64,000 nt of DNA from an uncultured Coxiellaceae bacterium (GTDB taxonomy: Bacteria > Myxococcota_A > Polyangia > Polyangiales > Houyiibacteriaceae): the NCBI GenBank assembly GCA_964194675.1, contig CAXMND010000044.1, positions 5,114 to 69,113 of the forward strand, read 5' to 3'. Of the stretch, positions 37,918-45,341 are shown one piece after another. The notes beneath the pieces are model-generated. The model ran no database searches. It was not told the origin of the DNA and saw only the letters and a list, made by a program, of their open reading frames with translations. How positions within the stretch are numbered: position 1 is the stretch's first letter; the number at the start of each line of letters is the position of its first letter. Both the position numbers and the translations under genes were made by a program.

Positions 37918-39735
37918 TCAGCCCTCGGCCGCCCCACCGGGCTCAGGTGCATCGGGCTCCCGTTCGAGGTACCGGAAGACGGTGCGAGGGTCCACCCCGA
38001 GATCCCGAGCTGTCCGGGTCCTATTGCCGTCGTTCCGCTCGAGGCTCTCGAGGATGTATTGCCGGGTGAAGTCCTCGCGAGCCTGGGCCAACGGAACGAT
38101 CGCTCGCTGCTGGTCGCCTCCTAGATCGAGGTCGTCGACGCCAATGAGCGTCTTGTCGGCCAGGACGATCGATTTCTTGATCCGGTTCTCGAGCTCCCGG
38201 ACGTTCCCCGGCCAATCGTAGCCACGCATCGCCTCGAGCGCCCTCGGGGTGAAGCCCTTGACCGTAGCGCCGAACTCGGCCGCGTACTTCTTGAGGAGGA
38301 ACTTTGCGAGGATCACGATGTCGTGACCTCGTTCGCGAAGTGGGGGCAAGTGGACGTTGACCACATTCAATCGGTAGTAGAGGTCCTCGCGGAACGTGCC
38401 TTCCTTGATGCTAGCCTCGAGGTCGCGATTGGTCGCGGTAACGACGCGGATGTCGACCGATTGAGGCTTCGTGTCGCCGACCTTGACCACCTCGCGCTCC
38501 TGAAGCGCGCGGAGCAGCTTCACTTGAAGCGCGGGCGGCATTTCGCCGATCTCGTCGAGAAACAAAGTGCCGCCGTCCGCTGCTTGGAAGCTACCTTGTC
38601 GCGTCGCCACGGCTCCGGTGAACGCGCCGCGAACGTGACCGAAAAGCTCCGATTCCATCAGGTTCTCAGGAATGGCGCCACAGTTGACGACGATGAATGG
38701 CTTCTCCGAGCGATTCGAACGGCGGTGAAGCTCGCGTGCGATGAGCTCCTTCCCGGTGCCAGTTTCGCCAGTGATCAGCACGCTGATGTCCGCGACGGCC
38801 ACCTTTTCGACACGCCGAAAAACCTCGAGAAGGCTCGGGCAACTGCCGATGATGTCACCGAAGCGCTGCGAATCGAGCTCCTCAGCCATCCGATCGCGAT
38901 CGGTGGTTAGTTGGTCGAGTAGGATCGCGTTCTGCAGGATTAGGGAGGCTTGCCCCGCGAAGACCGTCAAGATGTCGAGGCTCGACTGCTCGAACAGGTT
39001 CACCACGTTGTCGTTCCCGACGTAGATCAAGCCAAGAAGCTGGCCCTGCGCAATCAGAGGCGCGACCATCACCGAGCTCAACTGGAGGTTCAACACGCTT
39101 TCGCTCGAGTGGAACATGGTATCGTTGACCGCATCACTCACGATCAACGGCTGCCTAGTATCGATGCAGCGCCGTAGGATGCTGTCTGAGAGCTGGGTAA
39201 CCGCGTCTGGAATCGTCTCCTGATCGACGTTGCGCGCCGCAGCTATGGCAGGGTCACCATCTCGAAGAAGAATGATAAAGCCCTTGTTGGCGTGAACGAC
39301 CTCGATTACCGCATCGAGCAGCGCCTCGATCTGGTCAGGGACTGCCCGTATTTCGAGAAGCCGGCGATTGAAGTCGCTCAGCTTCATCATACCGGCGAGC
39401 TCCGAACTCTCTGAACCCTCGTTGCCCTGCTCGCGTGAAGACCCTTCGTCGTAGAGCGAGAAAACGAGCTCGACGTCACCTAATGTGAGCTTGTCATTGT
39501 GGAAGACCTTGGACTTCTTCTTCTTTTTCCCATTGACCAGAATGACGCTGTCGGGATCGACCGCGTTGAGTGAAAAGTCACGGCCATCGAAGACGATCTG
39601 TGCGTGGTGATCCTGGAGCGAGTTCGCATCGACGGAGATGTCGTTGGCGCCAGCTCGACCGATCGACGTCACACGCTTGTAGATCGCAAACACGCGGGGT
39701 CGTCCCTGAGGAACGATCCACTTGAGGCTCGGCAT
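37918..39735 (-). CDS. Sigma54-dependent transcriptional activator, FHA-GAF-AAA+-HTH architecture
   Basis: N-terminal FHA (TSIGRAGANDISVDANSLQDHHAQIVF), central GAF, AAA+ with GETGTGKE, ESELFGHVRGAFTGA (GAFTGA), and a C-terminal Fis-type HTH (NRTRTARDLGVDPRTV). Confidence 0.88.
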   Translation of the reverse strand: MPSLKWIVPQGRPRVFAIYKRVTSIGRAGANDISVDANSLQDHHAQIVFDGRDFSLNAVDPDSVILVNGKKKKKSKVFHNDKLTLGDVELVFSLYDEGSSREQGNEGSESSELAGMMKLSDFNRRLLEIRAVPDQIEALLDAVIEVVHANKGFIILLRDGDPAIAAARNVDQETIPDAVTQLSDSILRRCIDTRQPLIVSDAVNDTMFHSSESVLNLQLSSVMVAPLIAQGQLLGLIYVGNDNVVNLFEQSSLDILTVFAGQASLILQNAILLDQLTTDRDRMAEELDSQRFGDIIGSCPSLLEVFRRVEKVAVADISVLITGETGTGKELIARELHRRSNRSEKPFIVVNCGAIPENLMESELFGHVRGAFTGAVATRQGSFQAADGGTLFLDEIGEMPPALQVKLLRALQEREVVKVGDTKPQSVDIRVVTATNRDLEASIKEGTFREDLYYRLNVVNVHLPPLRERGHDIVILAKFLLKKYAAEFGATVKGFTPRALEAMRGYDWPGNVRELENRIKKSIVLADKTLIGVDDLDLGGDQQRAIVPLAQAREDFTRQYILESLERNDGNRTRTARDLGVDPRTVFRYLEREPDAPEPGGAAEG

Positions 39736-39744
39736 AGAGCCAGC

Positions 39745-39773
39745 ATTCTAACAGACAGCGCCCGAAGCGTCAG
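39745..39773 (-). promoter_or_regulatory. Sigma70-like promoter candidate for the FHA-GAF activator, implying a near-leaderless mRNA
   Basis: Minus strand CTGACG (39773-39768), 17 nt, TAGAAT (39750-39745). Only 9 nt lie between the -10 hexamer and ATG 39735. Confidence 0.3.
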
Positions 39774-39921
39774 TGCCAGCGCCAGTGTTGAGGAGATCTT
39801 AACTGGACCGGGGTCTTGGGGCGCGCCGTCTCTTCATCGCGGTGCCTTTCGGGACCGTCCCCCGAAGGCCCCTGGTCGTGAGGGCGGACGTTCCCAGGTG
39901 TCGCCGTGCCTCTCTAACCCA

Positions 39922-40050
39922 TCCTGAAGGGGGTCAGGTGCGTCGATCGGCGAGCGCCCCCGCAGGGACGGAGTGAGGAATACGAATGTATTTCGCAGCG
40001 GAGTCGCGAGGAGGAAAGCCGCCGAACGGCGTGCCTGACCCCCTTCAGGA
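39922..40050. other. Long imperfect inverted repeat / candidate structured RNA or MITE-like element overlapping the nrdJ stop
   Basis: 17-bp perfect arms TCCTGAAGGGGGTCAGG (39922-39938) and CCTGACCCCCTTCAGGA (40034-40050). The stem continues for 7 bp (3 G-T pairs) and, after an A-A mismatch, for 6 more bp (TCGGCG/CGCCGA). Inner hairpin GGAATAC-GAAT-GTATTTC at 39977-39994. Confidence 0.35.
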
Positions 40051-43000
40051 ACAGCCCATGGAGTTGCCACAATTTAAACACTTGTAGCAGGCCCCGTTTC
40101 GCACCGTGATGTGCCCGCATTTGTCGCACATGGGGGCGTCGCCCATCATCTCTCCGAGTTGTTGGTCGAGCGCATTGGGTTGGGGGGCGACTGCGCCGTC
40201 GAAGCCGAAAGTGACTTGCTCAGCAGGCTCGATCGCCGGCGGAGGCTCGCGTCGTGTGGAGCCCTCGAGGCGATGCACGGCGGCAACGTCGGTAGGGTTC
40301 CGGAGTTCTTCTTGCTCTTCCTTCGGGGGCACCTGAGCAAAATCATACTGTTTCAGGTACTCGACCCCGAGCACGCGGAAGACGTAGTCGATGATCGACG
40401 TCGAGAACTTGATGTTCGGATGACCCTCGACGATCCCCTGTGGCTCGAACCGAGTGAACGTGAACTGCCTGACGTACGCGTCGAGCGGAACGCCATGCTG
40501 TAGACCCATCGAAACACTGATGGCGAAACAGTTCATCAGGGAACGGAATGCCGCGCCCTCCTTGTGCATGTCGACGAAAATCTCACCAAGAGAGCCGTCT
40601 TCGTATTCACCCGTCCGCAAGAACACCTTGTGACCACCGATCCGTGCTTCCTGCGTGAAGCCAACACGCTTTTGCGGAAGCCGGTGTCGCCGCGTCGGCG
40701 GAGGCGTGAGCCACTCACGCACAGGGGCTTCGAGAGCCCGAGCCGTATTTTGCGATTCTTGCGATTCTTCTTGGCCGTTGGAGTCGTCGGCGGTGTTAAG
40801 CGGCTGCGACGACTTCGACCCGTCACGGTAGAGCGCGATAGACTTGAGCCCGAGCTTCCAACCCTCCTTGTAGATCTGCTCCACGTCTTCGACGGTCGAC
40901 TCTGCCGGAAGGTTGACCGTCTTCGAGATCGCGCCGGAAAGGAACGGCTGAGCGGCCGCCATCGTGTGGATATGAGCCATCGGTGCCAGGAATCGCTCGC
41001 CGATCTTGCCGCATCGGTTGGCGCAATCGAACACCGGCAAGTGCTCGGCTCGCAGATGCGGAGCGCCCTCCACGGTCATCCGGCCGATGACCACGTCGTT
41101 GATCTCGCCGATCGCTTTGGCGGAAACGCCCCAATGTCGAAGGAGGTGAAAGCCAGGTTTGCTATAGACGTCCGGCGCGATTCCTAGCCGGTCGTAGGCC
41201 TCGGTTCCAATCACCCAAGGCGCCAGCGCCGATCCAACGTCGAACACGCCGCGGAGCGCAGTCTCGACCTTTTCGATCTCACGCTCGGTAAGGCCCTTGT
41301 CGAGGAGCGCTTTGCGACCGAAGTGCGGCGCACCGGTGAACGTGCTGGTGCCGGTCACGTACGATACGATGTCCGCCACTTGCGCGTCGGTGTATCCGAG
41401 TCGGTCGAGCGCTTTCGGAACGCTCTGATTGACGATCTTGAAGTAGCCGCCGCCGGCGAGCTTCTTGAACTTCACGAGCGCGAAGTCCGGCTCGATGCCG
41501 GTCGTGTCGCAGTCCATCAGGAGCCCGATCGTCCCGGTGGGTGCAAGCACAGTCGTCTGCGAGTTCCGGTAGCCATACATTTCGCCGAGCTTGCAAGCGA
41601 GATCCCAATCCTCGTGGGCCGCATGGATTAGCTCGGGCGGGCACGCGGTCGGATCCCCGCCGGCCATTCCCGGTCCGCCCACCTCGTTGATGCGGTAGGC
41701 CGCCTCACGATGCTTTCCCATCACCCGCAACATCGGCTGACGATTGCGCTGGAAGCCCGTGAAAGGCCCCTTCGCCGCGGCGATTTCGGCGGACGTTGCA
41801 TAAGCGTGACCGCAGAGAATCGCCGTGAGCGCCGCACAGATCGTCCGGCCCTCGTCGCTGTCGTACGGGATGCCAAGTTGCATCAAAAGCGTGCCGAGGT
41901 TCGCGTAACCAAGCCCCAGCGGCCTGTAGTTGTGGCTGTTTTTGCCGATGAGTTGTGTCGGATAGCTCGCGTAGTCCACGAGGATGTCCATCGCTATGAT
42001 CAGTACGCGAATTGTCTGGCGATAGTCTTCGACGTCGAATCTGCCTTCCTCATCGAGGAACTTCGAGAGATTGATCGAGGCGAGGTTACACGCTGAATTG
42101 TCGAGGAACATGTACTCCGAGCATGGATTCGATGCGTTGATCCGGTCGGTGTTCGGGCAGGTGTGCCAGTCGTTGATCGTAGTGTCGTACTGAACGCCAG
42201 GATCGGCACAGCCCCATGCGGCCTGAGCGATCTTCCGCCAGAGGTCTCGCGCCCGGTACGTATCGCACACCTCGCCCGAAGTCCTGAAATAGGTCTTCCA
42301 CTCACCGTCCGTCTCGAGAGCTTTCATGAACTCGTCAGTGACCCGAAGCGAGTTGTTCGAATTCTGACCCGAGACGGTGTGGTAGGCCTCGCCGTTGAAG
42401 TCAGACTCGTAGCCAGCTTCGATCAACGCTCGCGCCTTTTTCTCCTCACGTACTTTCCACTCGATGAAGTCGACGATTTCGGGATGGTCCATGTCGAGGC
42501 AGACCATCTTGGCAGCGCGTCGGGTGGTCCCACCGGACTTCGTCGCGCCGGCCGCGCGGTCGAGTACCTCGAGGAAGCTCATCAAGCCGCTCGACGTGCC
42601 GCCGCCCGAGAGTTTCTCCTGCTTGCCGCGAATCTTCGAGAAATTGGTGCCTGTGCCGGAGCCGTACTTGAAGAGGCGCGCTTCGTTCTTGATGAGGTCG
42701 TAGATCCCCATGAGGTCGTCGTTGACTGCCTGGATGAAGCAGGCGGAGCACTGTGGACGCTCATACGCCGTGTCGGTTTGGAAGATGATGTCCTGCTCGG
42801 GATCCCACGCGTAGTTTCCGCCCGAACCTTCGATGCCATAGCGCTGATAAAGGCCGCAGTTGAACCAGACGGGAGAATTGAAGGCGGCTTTCTGGTGGAT
42901 CAAGAGGTGCGAAAGCTCGGCTTCGAACGTTTCGGCCGCGTCGGCATCGGCGAAGTAACCGCCAAACCCTTCCCCGGCTTCTCGGATGGAATGGGCGACG

Positions 43001-43329
43001 CGATACACCAACTCGCGAACGCTCTTCTCGCCGCGGTTCTTGTCACCTTGGATCCCAGCCTTCCGAAAATACTTCGAAACGGCGATGTCGGTCGCGAGTT
43101 GACTCCAGCCTTCGGGGACCTCCGCGCCCTTGAGCTCGAAGACGACCGAACCATCCGAATTGGTGATCTGGCTGTCGCGAAGGACGTATTCCACGGTCTC
43201 GAGCGCCTCCTCACCGGTCCCCGTGAGCCGCCGCTCGACGGCTAAGCCGCCTGTCTCTTGCGACACCTCCGCCCTTTGGGCACCTTCGATCTCCAAATTG
43301 CTCGTCATTCCCCTAGTTTCTAGTGCCAC
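40045..43329 (-). CDS. nrdJ: Adenosylcobalamin-dependent ribonucleoside-diphosphate/triphosphate reductase (class II RNR)
   Basis: 1094 aa. Active-site region ASNPCSEYMFLDNSACNLASINL, ten-stranded barrel motifs, C-terminal CDKCGHITVRNGACYKCLNCGNSMGCS zinc-ribbon tail typical of NrdJ. Confidence 0.92.
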   Translation of the reverse strand: MALETRGMTSNLEIEGAQRAEVSQETGGLAVERRLTGTGEEALETVEYVLRDSQITNSDGSVVFELKGAEVPEGWSQLATDIAVSKYFRKAGIQGDKNRGEKSVRELVYRVAHSIREAGEGFGGYFADADAAETFEAELSHLLIHQKAAFNSPVWFNCGLYQRYGIEGSGGNYAWDPEQDIIFQTDTAYERPQCSACFIQAVNDDLMGIYDLIKNEARLFKYGSGTGTNFSKIRGKQEKLSGGGTSSGLMSFLEVLDRAAGATKSGGTTRRAAKMVCLDMDHPEIVDFIEWKVREEKKARALIEAGYESDFNGEAYHTVSGQNSNNSLRVTDEFMKALETDGEWKTYFRTSGEVCDTYRARDLWRKIAQAAWGCADPGVQYDTTINDWHTCPNTDRINASNPCSEYMFLDNSACNLASINLSKFLDEEGRFDVEDYRQTIRVLIIAMDILVDYASYPTQLIGKNSHNYRPLGLGYANLGTLLMQLGIPYDSDEGRTICAALTAILCGHAYATSAEIAAAKGPFTGFQRNRQPMLRVMGKHREAAYRINEVGGPGMAGGDPTACPPELIHAAHEDWDLACKLGEMYGYRNSQTTVLAPTGTIGLLMDCDTTGIEPDFALVKFKKLAGGGYFKIVNQSVPKALDRLGYTDAQVADIVSYVTGTSTFTGAPHFGRKALLDKGLTEREIEKVETALRGVFDVGSALAPWVIGTEAYDRLGIAPDVYSKPGFHLLRHWGVSAKAIGEINDVVIGRMTVEGAPHLRAEHLPVFDCANRCGKIGERFLAPMAHIHTMAAAQPFLSGAISKTVNLPAESTVEDVEQIYKEGWKLGLKSIALYRDGSKSSQPLNTADDSNGQEESQESQNTARALEAPVREWLTPPPTRRHRLPQKRVGFTQEARIGGHKVFLRTGEYEDGSLGEIFVDMHKEGAAFRSLMNCFAISVSMGLQHGVPLDAYVRQFTFTRFEPQGIVEGHPNIKFSTSIIDYVFRVLGVEYLKQYDFAQVPPKEEQEELRNPTDVAAVHRLEGSTRREPPPAIEPAEQVTFGFDGAVAPQPNALDQQLGEMMGDAPMCDKCGHITVRNGACYKCLNCGNSMGCS

Positions 43330-43665
43330 AGCATACCTCCAACCAGACGCACTTCACCATCCGAGCGCTGTCCACCTTCCGTCCCCAGGTGGTGCACCCG
43401 CTATCCACAATGATCCCACAAGGGATTGCGCTGGCAGCCTCCTTGCCACCACAACCGCTAGGGGACGAGCCTGGGAAGTAGCCCCGCGACCGTGACACAG
43501 TCAAGCAGAAATGTTGGGCCGATTGCTCTTTCTTCATTTCATGCATGATTTCATGTGGTTGAAGAAGGCTCCCGACCGCAATTTTCCCGGCTCCAGACAC
43601 CCGGAAAACCGTGTCCAGACTGATACGCATTAGGTTACACCTTGTGTATGGTCATAACCTACAAG

Positions 43666-43681
43666 GTACAATATATAGGGG
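43666..43681. promoter_or_regulatory. NrdR-box-like palindrome (box 1)
   Basis: The minus strand reads CCCCTATATATTGTAC. It matches 12/16 of the published NrdR consensus acaCwAtATaTwGtgt, with the core CTATATATTGT fully matched. Confidence 0.45.
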
Positions 43682-43697
43682 TGCCCCGGCAAGAAAG

Positions 43698-43713
43698 GCG
43701 CAATATTTGGCGG
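43698..43713. promoter_or_regulatory. NrdR-box-like palindrome (box 2, weaker)
   Basis: GCGCAATATTTGGCGG, 10/16 to the consensus. The centre is 32 bp from box 1, the spacing typical of tandem NrdR boxes. Confidence 0.3.
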
Positions 43714-43877
43714 CATCGTCGCGCCATCGTCGCGATGACGGGCCTCCTTCGTCGTCACTTGAATCTCATCCAACCAGGGTCGCTCCGGCCTACAAGATCG
43801 TTCCACAAGTATTCGAAATGCCGATCCTTCTTCCGACCGCCCCGTGCCGAAACGTCGAGTTGGGGTAAGACCGCGCG

Positions 43878-44741
43878 ATGAACGTGCACCTCGTCGACGG
43901 GACGTACGAGCTGTTCCGCGCTTGGTTCGGCGCGCCCGAAGCAACCTCGCCGACCGGAGTGGAGGTCGGGGCTACCCGCGGTTTTCTGCGTTCGATGGCT
44001 GCGCTCCTCCAAGACCGGGAGGTTACGCACGTAGGTTGCGCGTTCGATCACACGGTCGAGTCGTTTCGCAATGACCTGTTTGATAACTACAAGACCGGCG
44101 AGGGACTGGAGCCGGATCTGTTTGCGCAGTTCCCCTTCGCTGAGCGAGCAAGCCTGGCGCTCGGGATGGTCACTTGGCCGATGGTCGAGTTTGAAGCAGA
44201 CGACGCGCTGGCGACGGCGGCGGCGAGGTTCGAAGCCGCGCCTATTGTCGACCAAGTCGTCATCTGTTCGCCCGACAAAGACCTTTGCCAGTGCGTTCGG
44301 GGTAGTCGCGTCGTGACATTGGATCGTCGACGGAAGATTTTGCTCGACGAGCATGGGGTCCAAGGGAAGTTTGGCGTACTTCCCGAATCGATCCCCGACT
44401 ACCTCGCACTCGTGGGCGACACGGCAGACGGTATCCCCGGGATCCCTCGCTGGGGCGCCAAGAGCACAGCGGCCGTGCTCGCCAAGTTCATGCACGTCGA
44501 AAACATTCCAGCCGATCACGACACGTGGGGGATCGAGGTTCGTGGCGCAGCCACCCTCGCCCAAAATCTGAACGCAATGCCTGACGAGGCACGACTCTAT
44601 CGAGAGCTCGCAACATTGAGACTCGACGTGCCGTTAGAAGAATCGATCGAGGACATGAAGTGGCAAGGCCCCAACCTTCCCGCCCTGGAGGCGCTCTGCG
44701 AGGAGCTAGGCGAATCCAGACTGTTGGACAGATTCAAATGA
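43878..44741 (+). CDS. Stand-alone 5'-3' exonuclease (FEN/Pol I N-terminal-domain-like)
   Basis: MNVHLVDGTYELFRAWF, FEADDALATAA, SPDKDLCQCV acidic metal-site motifs and an H3TH region DGIPGIPRWGAKSTAAVL. 287 aa with no polymerase domain. Confidence 0.8.
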   Translation: MNVHLVDGTYELFRAWFGAPEATSPTGVEVGATRGFLRSMAALLQDREVTHVGCAFDHTVESFRNDLFDNYKTGEGLEPDLFAQFPFAERASLALGMVTWPMVEFEADDALATAAARFEAAPIVDQVVICSPDKDLCQCVRGSRVVTLDRRRKILLDEHGVQGKFGVLPESIPDYLALVGDTADGIPGIPRWGAKSTAAVLAKFMHVENIPADHDTWGIEVRGAATLAQNLNAMPDEARLYRELATLRLDVPLEESIEDMKWQGPNLPALEALCEELGESRLLDRFK

Positions 44742-44762
44742 CGCTGACACTGGTTACGTGTT

Positions 44763-44794
44763 CGTAGACGTGTTCGTGGTCGTGATCGTCTACG
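44763..44794 (+). terminator. Hairpin in the convergent gap after the exonuclease gene
   Basis: CGTAGACG (44763-44770) pairs with CGTCTACG (44787-44794), 16-nt loop, followed by AGTTTAG. Lies in a 12-nt periodic repeat tract. Confidence 0.35.
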
Positions 44795-44810
44795 AGTTTA
44801 GCTTGGGGTG

Positions 44811-45341
44811 CTACGAAAAGCGGATGTCGGGGTGCAGTGACTTCAAGTACAGGCGTGCGCGCCTGACGTAACCTTCCGCGCTCTTTTCCAGTCCCTTGCC
44901 CTTGGCCGGCTCGAGCTGTCGGACGACTTTGCTGGGAACGCCTAAGACCACGGAATAATCGGGAATTTCTTGGCCCTGGGTGACCAGCGCATTCGCGCCG
45001 ATCGTGCAGTACTTTCCGATCCTCGCGTGATTCATGACCACCGCGTTGATGCCGATCAAGCTGTAGTCTCCCACTTGGCAACCGTGCACGATCGCGTGAT
45101 GCCCGACGGTCACTCCACGACCCAAGGTCAATGGAACGCCGGGGTCGGTGTGTAGGACCGCACCGTCCTGTACGTTGCTCTCTTCTCCCACGATGATCTC
45201 GTCCGAGTCACCCCGAACGACGGCATTGAACCATATACTCGAATTGTTCTTGAGGACTACCGAACCGATGATGTCGGCCGAGTCCGCCACGAAGACCTCA
45301 CCTTCGATGCGAACCCTCCTATCGTCGAGCTCGTAGATCAT
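44811..45341 (-). CDS. Gamma-class carbonic anhydrase-like / hexapeptide-repeat (left-handed beta-helix) protein
   Basis: MIYELDDRRVRIEGEVFVADSADIIGSV...WFNAVVRGD...VQDGAVLHTD...GHHAIVHGC, the YrdA/PaaY-type pattern with conserved His residues. 176 aa from ATG 45339-45341. Confidence 0.85.
   Translation of the reverse strand: MIYELDDRRVRIEGEVFVADSADIIGSVVLKNNSSIWFNAVVRGDSDEIIVGEESNVQDGAVLHTDPGVPLTLGRGVTVGHHAIVHGCQVGDYSLIGINAVVMNHARIGKYCTIGANALVTQGQEIPDYSVVLGVPSKVVRQLEPAKGKGLEKSAEGYVRRARLYLKSLHPDIRFS

Noticed and set aside
43330-43500. Cobalamin riboswitch in the nrdJ leader. It seemed plausible because NrdJ uses adenosylcobalamin.
   Set aside because: I read the minus strand and could not find the B12 box (rAGYCMGgAgaCCkGCc), the GCCACTG element or the GGGAA...GGTG...CCCGC core. 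B12 riboswitches normally repress B12-independent RNRs, not nrdJ. Only a cmscan could settle it.
43313-43630. A 105-aa ORF (minus) and 79-85-aa ORFs (plus) in the nrdJ / exonuclease intergenic region.
   Set aside because: There are no motifs and no RBS, and the composition is atypical for the neighbouring genes. They overlap the predicted leader and regulatory sites, so I treat them as non-coding.
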